A DNA stretch of 64,000 nucleotides. Origin: Camelus dromedarius (taxonomy: Eukaryota). The stretch covers positions 57,600,001 through 57,664,000 of the forward strand of contig NC_087436.1 in the NCBI RefSeq assembly GCF_036321535.1, read 5' to 3'. The notes beneath the pieces are model-generated. The model was not told the origin of the DNA and made no database searches. It saw only the letters and a list, made by a program, of their open reading frames with translations. Made by a program: the position numbers and the translations under genes. Below are positions 13,181-26,170 of the stretch, piece by piece (position 1 is the first letter of the stretch; every line of letters starts with the position of its first letter).

Positions 13181-15949
13181 TTGTTTTGATGACTCTTCTT
13201 TACTAGAATAATGCTTTCATCCTAAAGACCAGCATTCCCACTAAACTAGGACTGCACAAAAATGGGATTTTTACTGTATGTTACTAGCTACTCTGTGGGT
13301 GACTAATCATGGCCAGCAGTATTTTGTAGTTAAAAAAAGACTTTTTAAAAGACAACTTTGGACATTTCCCCTATATCAAAATCAGCTGCAAAAGCTTTAT
13401 CAGATCGCCAGTGAATTGCTTGACAAGACATTTTGTCATGGATGTAAAATAAATACATTCAGAGGAAAGGCAAATAAAAAGAACAATTAAACAAAAAAGA
13501 ATGAAAGAAAAATCTGGAAAAGCTGAGGTTATAGTACAAGAGTCCGGAAGACAGAAGACCCAGTAGAAAGTGGAACGTCTACCCCTGAGAGGAACACTTA
13601 TCTGTGTAGTGTGGAAATATAGCCGACAAACAGTGGTTGGTTTGATGAGTGACTAAAATACCAGAAGCAAGCTGAAACAGTGAAGAAAACTACTCAACTA
13701 ACTCTGTTAACTGAAATGATTTAAAAATATAAAATAATTCATGGTTTTAATAGCTGAAGAAGAGGTAAGCACCAAAACAAAGAGAGAATAGTCACCTTTG
13801 GTAATACTGAGTGTTATTAAGAAAATTAAATTGTAGGGTTTTTTTCTTTCAAGAGTTGAGTATTTTCATAAAGTGGAAGAAGTCTTGGGAATAGGAATGC
13901 TCTACTTATTGGAGAGCAGGAAAAGCAAATGAAAAGGCTTTCCATCTTCTCATTTGCAGTGTAGCCAATGGCCACTTGTGCTTTGAGAAATCACATACTG
14001 AATCTCAGTAGCTTCTTTTCCTCAGTGAAGTTTTCCAAACTGTTTGGAAAGGAAGTCTGATAAAATAAAGGGGGTATCAAGGGTAAATGGTTGGAGGTAA
14101 GCAGGATTCAAACACTCCCTGATTCAGAAGAAAATTTGGTGTGCAAATGTCTCAGTCCACACTGAAGAGCTCAGTGAGAGTCATTTTAAGTGCATGAGGG
14201 CTTCCACTGTTTGATGAAAGCAGGCTCAGGAAAGAGTTGACTGTTCTTTAGCCCAATGGTGCTAGGTTTCTTATTTTAAAAAGATTAAAGTCAAAGTAAC
14301 ATTAGTGAAAGAAATACAGTTCTTTCATAGAAGATTATATTGTATAGCATACAAGTATAATTTATGGGGCAAGGTAACTCAGGAGGGACCCAGCCACAGC
14401 TATCTCTAGTGGAGAGAAAGTATTAGCACTAAAGTGTTTGTGTCTTACTTCCTCTTCTGGTGCCAGAATTTTTTCCTTCTCAGGACAGCAGAAGCTTGAA
14501 GTCTGAGGCCAACAAGCTAGAATGATATTAGGCAGGGCAGAGGGCTAGAATTCCTTGTGAAGACAGGGAGGCCCCCTGGAGAAGATGGTGCTTTATAAGA
14601 GGGGCCATACGAGGACCAAAGAATATGGAGGATTTATAGAGGAAGATCGGTAGATGAGAATGGCTCCGTGTGGGATGCTCGAATAAAACCTAAGTGGTGC
14701 ATCCTTTCCAATCCCTCTGTTCTGTCCCTCTCCCCGCTTCTGTCTTAGTCCTTCACATGTCCTCACACCTGCCCTTATATGGTACAACAGGGCAAATGAG
14801 ATGAAAGACAGCGTCAGGTCTTTGTACTCTGAACTTCTTTAGAATAATCATTTGATCTATTTTTAAGAACTATTTAAATATCCATGGATTCCAAGTGTGC
14901 TTGGTCTAGAAAGTGTGCAGCAATACTTGTGAAGAGGACACTGCTCTCTTCCAAACACTGTCCCTACATGGTGTATTGATAGGCATGCTGGATCACAGCC
15001 CAGAAGGTGACTTTCAAGTCTTTCCTGAGAGATTTAGGAATATATTCACCCCCTCGAAAGTAGTCAGGGGCAGCCCTACCTGCCACATAGTATAGATAGG
15101 ATGGTCACAGGTAATACTGAATTTTTATAAAATAGATGCACTTGAGAAAGATGGATGTCATGGACTATGCAGGGGACATCCTCCTGCACTTGGAGAAACC
15201 TGCATTTCCCACACACATTCAGAATTTGATTCAGACTTGCAGATATGATAGGTCATTTTAGAGAACCCAGAGGAAGGTGGAAACACTCTGTCCTTGCTGC
15301 TGTGATGCATATTAATAAAGATGATTGATAAACTCTCTCCAAAATAACAATGTTATATAAATATAAGAAAATAGTCATCTGAAATCTGATTGTCTTGCTT
15401 GACTTGTTGACAATCCACATTACTACTTGGAACTAATTCTGTCATGTCATGAATCCTCATATGTGGCAGACATTGTATTTTCCCACCTGCTGACAGAATG
15501 ATCATTTATGACCTGTTCTCTATTTTAAGAGGCTTATTAGTTAAAACAGTCTTTCATGATCTATATATGTATGTATAGATATAGATATATACACTAATTA
15601 AGCGAGAATCTATCGTAAAAGACCCAGTAGTCTGTGAATTCAATTGCTCTGCAATTTCCTGTGCAGTTTCTTTCTTATATACCATGAAATAGATGCAATA
15701 TTTATTTAGATAGGACAATATGAACAAATATGAAATTATCCTAAATTCATTAAGTTTACCAGTGATTGTCAGCTAATTATAAAATTCATGTTAGAACAAT
15801 ATCCTCAAATAATCTGATAAACTTCAACAGTAGAACTAGTGGATTTTTATGTTCCTGTATCATTGAAAATACAGAAAGGACTTGACTAATGCCCATGAAT
15901 TTCCCTGAGGATCAACAAATTTCAAAATGATGTTAAGAAAGAATCCTAA

Positions 15950-16543
15950 TACAATCATAACATCAGAGAATTGAAAGAGTTTCTGGAGGTATCTCATTAT
16001 TCAATTACATTCCTTGAGGCACAGAAGCCAGCCTCCAAAACTGACTTTATTTTTCTTCCTAAGGCATTTTTATGACTTAGAAAACTTAATACCAGGCAGT
16101 CTTTATTCATGCCTAACCTAAAATCCTCCTATTTCACATAAGCCTCTCATTTTGTCCTCAGCCAAACGGATAACAGGTACTCACCACCTCTGGGACACTA
16201 TTTCTTTATGCAATAAAATGTTTCTTTTCCATTTTCATCCTTCAGCCTTCTCTTTGCTGAGTTAAACACTAAATCCCTTTAGTTTTACTCACAGGATCTA
16301 TTACTCCCATTTTTACTTTGTAATTAACTAAGCCATCTTTTCTCTCTTCTATTGCAATTTTTTTTGTGTAATTTACGGACCTTATAAATAGATCATGGTG
16401 GTTTAAAAGCTCTGAATGACTTTCATACTGCTAGGTGACTTGGGTCACTTTCTTTATAAACACCAATACTACATTCCAAATTTGTAATTGACAGATGACT
16501 CACTCTGAAACTGCTTTCATCCTCTAATTTTGAACTGTCACAG

Positions 16544-16587
<44 letters not shown>

Positions 16588-16900
16588 AGAGTTTGATCTT
16601 TCCATCTCTGGGTGAATTATCACATATTTGTCCTTATTAAACTTCATCTTACTTCTAATCACCTTGTTTAATTTGTCAAGGTCCTTACAAATTCTTACAG
16701 TGTGGTTCTAGTCAATAATCACCCCTACTCAATATAAAGTAATCTGCATATTTAATAAGCTTACTCCCTATTCCATACTTCAAACTAACACTGAAAATGT
16801 TAATCAGAATCAGGGCCAGCACTGAGTTACGGAAAAATTTCATTCAATATACCCTCCAAGGCTGACATTGAACCATTGATCACTACCTCACATCTGGACC
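15950..16900 (-). mobile_element. CR1/L3 LINE remnant (RT C-terminal region)
   Basis: Minus strand gives LIKYAD near 16742-16759 (CR1-type LIKFADD) and KMKFNKDKYVIIH in ORF 16423-16662 (CR1-type MKFNKDKCKVLHLG). Confidence 0.75.
16546..16585. repeat. (AC)20 microsatellite inside the CR1/L3 remnant
   Basis: Seen directly. Confidence 0.97.
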
Positions 16901-19284
16901 ACTAACAAGCTGTGATACAATAATACATAATATTACTACATAAAACAATGACCCAAATAAAATACAGTGTGCATTCAAATGAAGAATCAATAGTAATTTG
17001 TAATTTTTTCCCTATAAGGTCTTTTAAGGAGCTCAAAACATTAACCAAAGTATCAGATTATTCCTAGTGGAAAGAAACAACTGGAGAGAAAGAATTTATC
17101 AGAAATAACAGTAGCGCTAATTTAATAGCCTATTTGAAGACCCAATGAAACACTACTGTGGAAATAAGGTGTAAGGTCATTGTTTCAGTGGAGATTCTAA
17201 TGAATCTAACTAAAATAAAAAATCCTGGCTCTTCAAAATAGAGAGCAGGGGGCCAGGTGTCTATTGATCACTGAAAATTTCCCAAAAGAGATGTTTTCCT
17301 TCTTTCCAGTACATTAGGTCTGTGGATTTTTTAAAAAATATATTTTTTTGTATCATTCAGATAAATTATCCTATATTCCCAACTAGGTATATTTCTTTTT
17401 TTGAGAAATGTCAGCTAAAAGCATATATAAAATGCATGTACTATTGCTCAGAGTCAGGTCTTATTCATAGCCACTTGGGTTGCAAATGCCCAGCTGTTTT
17501 TTAAATGTGCTTCCCACCCTCCATTCAGCAGTGAATGTGGAGAGTTCTGCAGCATCTCTCTCAGAAAATGGCAATCATCATCTGAAAAAGCAGCCCAGCC
17601 AACTGGCTGCAGATCTCGTCCCTTGCCTTCCCCACGACTTCCCCTGACCTGGGGCATCTGGTGCTTTCCAACCTTTCCCTTGGGCTAAAAGATCAGGGTT
17701 GGAGAAATGAGGGCTGTGGTAGGGGTGTGTGGAGTGAGTAATTGTGTGTGTGTAGGGGTGGAGGAGAAAGCCATTAAAAATAAATTGACTGTCTTTACAT
17801 GACAGGAGCTTGTGGAGGACCTAAGAGGATCAGAGAACTAATGGGGTCAAACAAATACTTTGTGGAAGTCGGCACATCAAATTGCTGGTGTGATGGTGAG
17901 CTGGACTAAGAAAGAAAGATGGGACTAGAAAAACAAGGTGAGAGAAAAAAAGCAAAACAAGAGTTTCCTTCCAGTTCTGTCTTCCAATCTAGGATTTCTT
18001 TTATTAAGTAATCTACACAAATATGTACATTTTTTATCATTTATCCCAGACCTTGTTTAATAAGATACCACATTTGTGTAGTTGATATAGAAGTTTATAG
18101 GTGACGGGGCATTGAAAAATAACTTAATTAAAACTGTTGAAAAAAACAGTTGGGGAGTGAGAGGAGGAACAGATCACATTTGCAAAGATGGAAAACTAAG
18201 GTACAGATTAGTTGAAAAACCTGCATTATTTAGCAGCAGGAAAGAGACTTGAACGCTCAAACCTAGGTCTCCAGTCTCCTTCAGCAGTGTTCTGCCGAAC
18301 AAGCCTGCCTGCAGATTCCACTGTCGCTCACGCTTAGCACCTACTCTTCCTACATTAAGTTCATGAAAGCCCGGGCCATGCACACAGGCTCCTCTGCAAC
18401 GACTGAACAGAGTACTCCCAGGTATAGGCGTTTTACCGCCTTCTCATACTTGTGGGAGATAGAATTTATTTATTCAGTTGACTTCAGGTGAGGAAGGAAA
18501 ATAACAGGAAATAGAGAGAAGACAGGAATTTATATTCCCGAGTGCTTAATAGGTTTTTAGATTAAGGCTGGAGAGAGAGAAGGAAAGGAGGATTTGACTT
18601 CTTTAGAATAAGTCAGCTTGTGCAGAAGAAGATCATCTGAGAGGTTGTGAGAGCTTATCAGTTTGGCAAAATTTTCATCTTGGTGCGCTCAGTGTAAACA
18701 GAGTCCATAGCCATGCTAAAATAGCCCTGTTCCTTAAATGCTCATTGAAGGGTGGCTTTGAAAGACCAGCGCACTTCTGAGAGGTTTTTTGTTTTTGTTT
18801 TTTCAAACAGAAAGACGAAATCCTGTCTAAAACATCTAGATGGCTATATGTTTATAAAACATCCATCACTGTTGTACTTCAGTGCTTTGACAAGTGAGCC
18901 ATTTCCACACTGAACGATATAGAGTAAGGAGATGAACGTCTTCCTCCGTCTGCAGTGTCTGTGTACCCTGAAGCTCAACCTCACAATTCTGTACAAAACC
19001 AAAACATAAAAAGCCCAACTTGCTCCAGCCACCTTGATTTTGGCTGCTCCTAATAAAGTGTGCAATTCCCCGCTGAGAGCTAAGAAATAGCCTCCTACTG
19101 GAAGACTGAAGTGGGGGAGACACTAAGGAAAGTCTGGAAGCAACCAACTCTGGGCTCCCTGTCTTATCCTGGAATAATAGGACAAAGAAACGGCTTTCAT
19201 ATTTCTTTCTGATTTCTTATGAGGTCTATAAACAAGTCATGGAGTGCCATAGTCTCGGGTCAGATTCTGAGAAATCCCTTTCTG

Positions 19285-19560
19285 GTTCATTTATTCAATA
19301 TTTACTTGTAACCAACTGTGTACTCAGTAAGGGACTAGATAAGGCACTGTGTTGCTGCGAAGGTGATAAAACCATCCTCAAGAACAGACATTGTAACTGG
19401 GAAGATAAAACAAGTAGGATAATACTCCAGGACAAGGCTAGATAGAGTTCAGGGTGTAAACAAGGCAGACACAAAGGCATTCAAAACCAGAGCCATTAAG
19501 TTTGGTTATGAATATACTCTGTAGAAAGCTACACAGAGGAAGCGGTATATGAGCTATGGG
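19285..19560 (-). mobile_element. L2 3' fragment
   Basis: ttcatttattcaatatttacttgtaaccaactgtgtactcagt..., the reverse of the L2 tail. Confidence 0.6.
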
Positions 19561-20454
19561 TTACAAGAGGGGGAATTAAAGATGAGTTAAAAGGGAAAAC
19601 CTGCCTGACGAGCAGATGTGCTGAGCCAGGCCTCGTGTTAGTCAGCAGCAGTAACAGCTTGACCTTCGTGGTAGTTAATCAAGCTCAAGTGAGACAACAA
19701 AGTGAATCATTCCGGTAAGTCCTTACTTATGCTTAAGATCAGATAAGGATTGCTGATAGTTTTTTTTTTAACCTTTGTGGGAGTAAGTGGCTGGGCAAGA
19801 AAACAGCACCCATGAGGGAAGGCAGGGGTAGCTGTGTCAGAAGCAATAGTGGCGGCAGGGAACTTTGAGGTCTGGTTGAACCAAGTAAAAGGAATACTGT
19901 AGTATATGATATTATGGACAAAATGGTAAAAAGAATTGTTATCAGTACCATCAAAAATGGCGTGGAAGGAAGAGTTGTCCAAGGAACCTACATGAGCTTC
20001 TGGGAAACAAGCAGAAAAATGGAAACAAAGCCCAGGTAAGGAGTGTCCGGGAACTGTGCTGTTATTTATGTCTTTTTCCCCCATTTATTCTTTACACTAA
20101 ACTTATGAAGTGGAACTCATTCTTTTCCTACCCTTAATGAAAATAAGGCTTAAAATGATTATGGAAAATGACAAGATCATTTAGCTACTAAGTGGGAGAG
20201 AATTTAAATGCAGATTTATTTGAATCCATGGCTTCCGGTGCCTGTTTCCAGGATACCATGTAACTTAGAAATATCTGGAATTAACTTAGCTAAATATAAT
20301 TCAGCCATTAATTCTTTCCTGCAAAACTCTTTACTTTTCAAAAACCTGATGCTGACGATTTTCATTCATTCACGTATTCATGAATATATTATTTATTTAT
20401 TTCATTCAATAAAGAGCTAGTGTATTTGCTAATTGCAGATGCTACGGGCCACTG

Positions 20455-20650
20455 GTGAAGAAAAAAGGTTCTAGTGCCAGACTGCCTGGGTTTACTACCC
20501 TAGCTTTTAGTTTTGTCATCTTCAAAAAGGAGATGAAAATAATATGTCTCCCTTGGGGCTATTACAAGCATTAAATGAGACAATCTACACAAAGCATTAG
20601 GGAAGTGTCTGTTACATAGCAAGCACTCAGCCAATGCTGGCAGCTCTTAT
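20455..20650 (+). mobile_element. MIR SINE
   Basis: ttctagtgccagactgcctgggttt...gcattaaatgagacaatctacacaaagcattagggaagtgtctgttacatagcaagcactcag. Confidence 0.8.
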
Positions 20651-20654
20651 TCAT

Positions 20655-21150
20655 AATCTGTGCCGGGCACTCTGAGAGGCACTAGGGGCACAAATATGAA
20701 TATGATGTAGTCCTTGCCATTGAAAAATTTATACTCTCAAAGAGAAGACACATGCATAATGACTAACTGAGCTTGTGCAAATGGAAGATGCCAGAAGAGA
20801 AGAATGGAAGTCTGGGTCACTTTAGGGAGTGGGAACAGCATGTAAATGCCACAGAAACATGAAATGCCCAACAAGAGTTTGGCTTGACTAGAGCATGAAC
20901 AAGTGTGAGAACGGATTAACTGGTGTCGGTAGACAAAAAAGAGGCTGATCAGTTTTTGAAGAGTTAAGTAAACTCTGTTGATAGAGTTGAAGTTTATTTT
21001 GATAGAATGAGGTAATAATGGAGTTTTCAGAGCCAATTTTAAAGATGGAAGAAGGCAACCGTATGGACTCCACACTCTGGAGGATAAACTTGAATGGGAA
21101 GACAATGGATAGAAGGAAGTAGTGGTTGAGGTAGGAGAAAACAGAACAAG
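20655..21150 (-). mobile_element. L2 fragment, possibly continuing the L2 tail at ~20365-20450
   Basis: tgtgccgggcactctgagaggcactaggggcacaaatatgaatatgatgtagtccttgcc...gggaacagcatgtaaatgccacaga. Confidence 0.65.
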
Positions 21151-21299
21151 AAGTGAAGCAGCAGGCAGGGGAAGACTGGGTCTTTTACGGCCTCATATCA
21201 ATGGAAGCAAGAAAATCAAGAAGAAAAGCAAGATTTAAGAAAATGGTGAAGAAGAAACAGGAGAGGGAGATACAGTCAGCCTCACCATTTTGAAAATAG

Positions 21300-23630
21300 T
21301 TTGTTAATCACACAATATAGTCCACCAAGCAGGCTAAAGAAAAAATCATCAGAGCACATCAATTGATGGGAAAAAAAAAAGCATCTGATAAAATCCAACA
21401 CCCATTCATGATAAAAACACATAGAAATAGAAAAGAATTTCTTCAACTTGATAACAAATATCTACAAAAATCTTACAGCTGACATTATGCCTAATAATGA
21501 GAGAAAGACTGACTGCTTTGCAAGATGGGGAACCACGTAGAATGTCCACCCTCTAGTACTGACGTTTCTAGTTGGCACAGAAAAGGTGACAAAAGGAAAT
21601 ACAAAGTATACAGATGAGAAAGAAAGAAATACAACTGCTCACTTTTGTAAATGGCATGAAGATTTACACAGAAAATCCCCCCGAATCTACCAAAACTCCT
21701 AGAACCCCTAGAACTCACAGCAAGATCATAAAATAAAATCAGCAGATGAAAACAATTGTATTTTTATCCTAGCAATGTATATGTGGAAACCAAATTCAAA
21801 AATCCAATTTCTAATCACTGGGGGAAAAAGAAATACTTAGGTATAACTTTAACATATACAAGACTTATATGCTGTAAATTACAAAATGCTGATGAAAGAA
21901 ATCAAAGATCTAAATAAGCAGAGAGATATACTGTGTTCATAAACTAGAAGATTCAACACACTAAAGATGTGAATACTCCCCAAATTTACATACAGATTTA
22001 ATGCAATTCCTATTAAAATCCTAGTGATAGTTTTATGTACATACAGACAAGATTATTTTAAAGTTTATATGGAAAGGCAAAGGAAGTAGAATAGCTAAAA
22101 TAATTCTGGGAAAAAGGAGTAAGTGGGAGGAACTTCTATACTCAATTTCAAGCTACAGTAATCAAATCTATGTTATTGGCAGAGGGACAGATATGTAGAT
22201 CAATAGGACAGGATTGAGAATTCAGAAATAGACTCATACAATGTATCAACTGATCTTCCTTTACAAAGATGCACAAGCAATCCAATGAAGGACAGATAGT
22301 TTTTTCAGCAAATGCTCCTGGACATTTGAATATTCATAGGCAAAAAAAAAAAAAAAGAACTTCAACCTAAACTTTACACCTAATACAAAACATAACTCAA
22401 AATGGATTATGGATTTAAATGTGAAATGTAAAACTATAAAGTTTTAGAAGAAAACAGTTGAAAATTTCGGGGATCTAAGACTTGCTTGAAAAGTCTTTGA
22501 CATAACACCAAAAGCACAATCCTTAAAAAAAAATGGATAAATTCGACTTCAACAAAATTTAAAACTTTTGTTCTAATGTGAGACCCTACAAAGAGGATGA
22601 AAAGACAAGCAATAGACTAGGAGAAAATGTTTGCCAACCACATATCTGACAAAGAACTTGTATCTAGAACACGTAAAGAACTCTCAACAGTAAAAAGCAA
22701 ATGATCCAATTAGAAAATGGACAAAAGACATGAAGGGACTTTTCACATAAGAGGATATAAGGATGGCAAAAAGCACATACAAAGATATTGAACATCACTA
22801 GCCACTAGGGAAATGCAAATTAAGATCACAGTAAGATATCACTACAGTCCTATCAGAGTGGCTAAAATTAAAAAATAGTGACAACACCAAATGCTGGCAA
22901 GGATGCAGAGAAATGAGATCCTGCATACATTGCTGGTGGGATGTAAAATGGTGCAGCCACTCTGGAAAACAGTTTGACAGTTTCTTAAAAATGAATCATA
23001 CACTTAACACATTATCTAATAATTACACTCCTGAGCATTTATGCCAGAGAAAAGAAAACATCCCCACAAAAACCTACACATAAATGTTCTTAGCAGATTT
23101 ATCTATAATGGCTAAAAACTGGAAACAACAAAACTGCTATTCAATAGGTAAATTTTAAACAAGCTGGTACAACAGTACCATCAATTACTACTCAGCAATA
23201 AAAAGCAATTAACTATTGATGTATGCAACAACTTGGCTGGACCTCAAGGGCATTATGGTGAGTGAAAACAAAAGCCAATTTCAAAAGGTCATATGCTATA
23301 TGATTCTAGTTATATAACACTCTTAAAATACTGAAAAATACAGGAGTGAAGAACATATTAGTGGTTCCAAGGGTTGGGGATGGTGGGGAAGAAGGGGTGG
23401 GTGAGTGTGTCTATATAGGTAGAAGAAGGGAGATTTCTGTAATGATGGAATCTGTATCTGTATTGCAGTGATAGTTACAGATTTCACACTTGTGATGAAA
23501 TGGCACAGTACTATATGTACACATTGTACCCATGTCAATTTCCTGACTTGGATATTGTACTATAATTACTGAAGATGTAACCAGTGTGGGAAACTAGGTG
23601 AAGGGTGTATGGGTCATCTCTTTACTTTTA
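21300..23630 (+). mobile_element. 5'-truncated L1 (L1MD-like), ORF2 C-terminal half plus 3' UTR, disrupted
   Basis: aaagcatctgataaaatccaacacccattcatgataaaa..., atcactagccactagggaaatgcaaattaagatcac..., and 3' UTR ttgtacccatgtcaatttcctg...gatgtaaccagtgtgggaaactaggtgaaggg. Confidence 0.9.
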
Positions 23631-24219
23631 AAGAAAGTTAACTTAAATATTAATAGAACTTACTGCTTTATGACAGATTATGTATTATACATGTTCTGTC
23701 CTTCAAATTTTACTCTACTTTCTAATTTGCTCAAAATAGACTTGTGTTACTTTTATAAGAAGAAGAAAACATATTAAAATTGAATAAAAATAAGTCTGAT
23801 TTCTTTTTTGACAGCTTAAGCCTAAAAGTAATTAATAGGCAGGATGGGATCCATGAATAGCAAACCTTGAGTTGCAAATTTTTGGCAAAATTGTATCTGA
23901 AAAGTATCCTAACCAGAGTGATTTCTAGAATTCCCTCACAATAGTAACTCTCTTCCTCCCGTCTTTTTAACTAAGAGGTAGTAAATCACAACCTCTCTTT
24001 AAATATCTTAAAAGAATAAACTGAGGCAAAAGTCTTGGATTTACAAGAAATGTAAATATTAGCCAAGGGATATAAAGTTTCTCAAGCTAAATTTCTCTTA
24101 AATTACCCTTAATCTTTAGATATTTTCAAATAAAGAGCCCTTGAAACAAGAAGATATGTGGAACAGGTTAATATCAAGTAGAGACATACTGTTAAGTGCC
24201 ATAAATATATGTACATTAG

Positions 24220-24800
24220 ACACCTCTACTGAGTTTCCTGACACTCCTCCATCTTCTCCCTCCCACTCACCCTCCTCTGCACAGATAAAGCTGTCTTGCT
24301 TCAATGATGTCACTCTTCACTATCTCTAGGAAAAATTCCAAATTCCTTCACACTCTTTATCATGCCCTTTAATTTGTGATCCCACCCTCCTTTTCTATTT
24401 CATTTTCTGCTACTTTTACATCACCTGTCTCAATCCAGGAAGGAAGTTAACATATCTTGGTCATCTACCCTTTGCTAGATACTCTTTAAGGAGTTTCATA
24501 CCTCTGCTATAAGCCACTCCTTCAACCCCTCGAAATTTATCCTTCAAGATCAAACTCTCAGATGATACCTCACAGAACTTCTGTGATGCCCAGTAGTGTC
24601 TTTCCTTTCTCCTCCCCTTTCTCTCCAAGTTACTGACTTAAATCATTCTTTCCCTTATGTTCATATAGCCTTTAATAAATAAATTTATCATAGCCCTATG
24701 TTATTGAATTCTACATTGCTATTTGCCCAAATAGATTGTTTCAGGGATAGTATCTAAATATCTTTATAGACTAGACACCCAGCACAGTGTTTAAATATCT
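24220..24800 (+). mobile_element. Decayed L2 3' fragment whose tail resumes after the Tigger element (~26185-26207)
   Basis: aaaattccaaattccttcac...ttatccttcaagatcaaactc...cccagcacagtg, then tagttgaactgactgaatgaa after the Tigger. Confidence 0.55.
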
Positions 24801-24801
24801 A

Positions 24802-26170
24802 CAGTTGACTCTTGCACAACATGGGTTTGAACTGTGAGAGTCCACTTAGACACAGATTTTTTACATTAAAATCATATATGTACTATAAATATATTTTCCT
24901 TATGATTTTCTTAATAACATTTTATTTTCTCTAGCTTACTTTAATATAATACATATTACACAAAATATGTGTTAACAGTTTGTGTTGTTGGTAAGGTTTC
25001 AAGTTAGCAGTAGGCTATTAGCAGTTAAGTTCTGGGGGATTCAAAAGTTAAACATGGATTAGCAAAGATTAACAAATGGGACTACATTAAACTAAAAAGC
25101 TTTTGCACAGTGAAGGAAACTATCAACAAAATGAAAAGGCCACCTACTGAATGAGGGAATATATGTGCAAATGATATATCCAATAGGGAGTTAATATCCA
25201 AAATATACAAAGACCTCACACAACTTGACATTAAAAAAAAAAAAAAACCTGCTTAAAAAATGGTCAGGGGATCTGAACAGACATTTTTCCAAAGAGGACA
25301 TACAGATGGTCAACAGGCACAAGAAAAGATGCTCAAAACCACTAATCACCAGGGAAATGCAAATCAAAACCACAATGAGATATCACCTCACACCTGTCAC
25401 AATGGCTATTATAAAAAAAGGTAACAAATAACAAATGTTGGTAAGGATGCAGAGAAAAGGGAACACTGGTGCACTGTTGGTGGGAATGTAAACTGGTGTG
25501 CAGTCACTATTGAAAACAGTATGATGATTCATCAAAAAATTAAGAACAGAACTACCATATGATTCAGCAATTCCACTTCTGGGTATTTATCCAAAAAAAT
25601 AAATAAATAAAAATACTAATTTGGAAAGGTTATGCTATTTTGGATTTGAAATTTGAATAGAAAAGCTTATGCATCTCTGTGTTCATTGAAGCATTATTTA
25701 CAACAGCCAAAAAACAAACTCAGAGAAAAAGAGCTCTTTGTGGTTATTAAAAGTGGGGAATGGGGAGAGTGGGAACTGGATGAAGACATTCAAAAGGTAC
25801 AAACTTCTAGTTATATGATAAATATTACATTATTAGAGATGTAATGTACAACATGATAAATATAATTAATAGTGTTCTATGTTATATATGAAAGTTGTTA
25901 AGAAAACAAATCTTAAAAGTTCTCATCACAAGGAAAAATAATTTTTTTCTATTTTTTATACTGTATTTATGATATGATGTTCTCTGAACTTATTGTGGTA
26001 ATCATTCCATGATGTAAGTAAGTCAAATCATTATGTCATATACCTTAAATTTATATAGTACTGTATGTCAATCGTACTTCAATAAAACTGAAAGAAAAAA
26101 CGTTATATATGGATTTTTGACTACACAGGAGTTGGCACCCCTAAGTCTCACATTGTTTAAGGGTTGACTG
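24802..26170. mobile_element. Tigger2-type (Tigger2a/MER28-like) non-autonomous Tc1/mariner element, split by an L1
   Basis: Imperfect TIRs cagttgactcttgcacaaca (24802) and cattgtttaagggttgactg (ends 26170), TA duplications at 24800-24801 and 26171-26172, and internal atgggtttgaactgtgagagtccactta. Confidence 0.88.
25061..26101 (+). mobile_element. 5'-truncated L1 (L1MA9-derived laurasiatherian type) inserted in the Tigger
   Basis: ORF2 end ([42 protein letters not shown]), 3' UTR ending ttcaataaaactgaaagaaaaaa, TSD gttaaacatggatt (25047-25060) / gttatatatggatt (26102-26115), and an internal deletion near 25710. Confidence 0.92.

Noticed and set aside
13760..14400. Possible ancient repeat or conserved non-coding element
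   Set aside because: Could not assign a family or show conservation from sequence alone.
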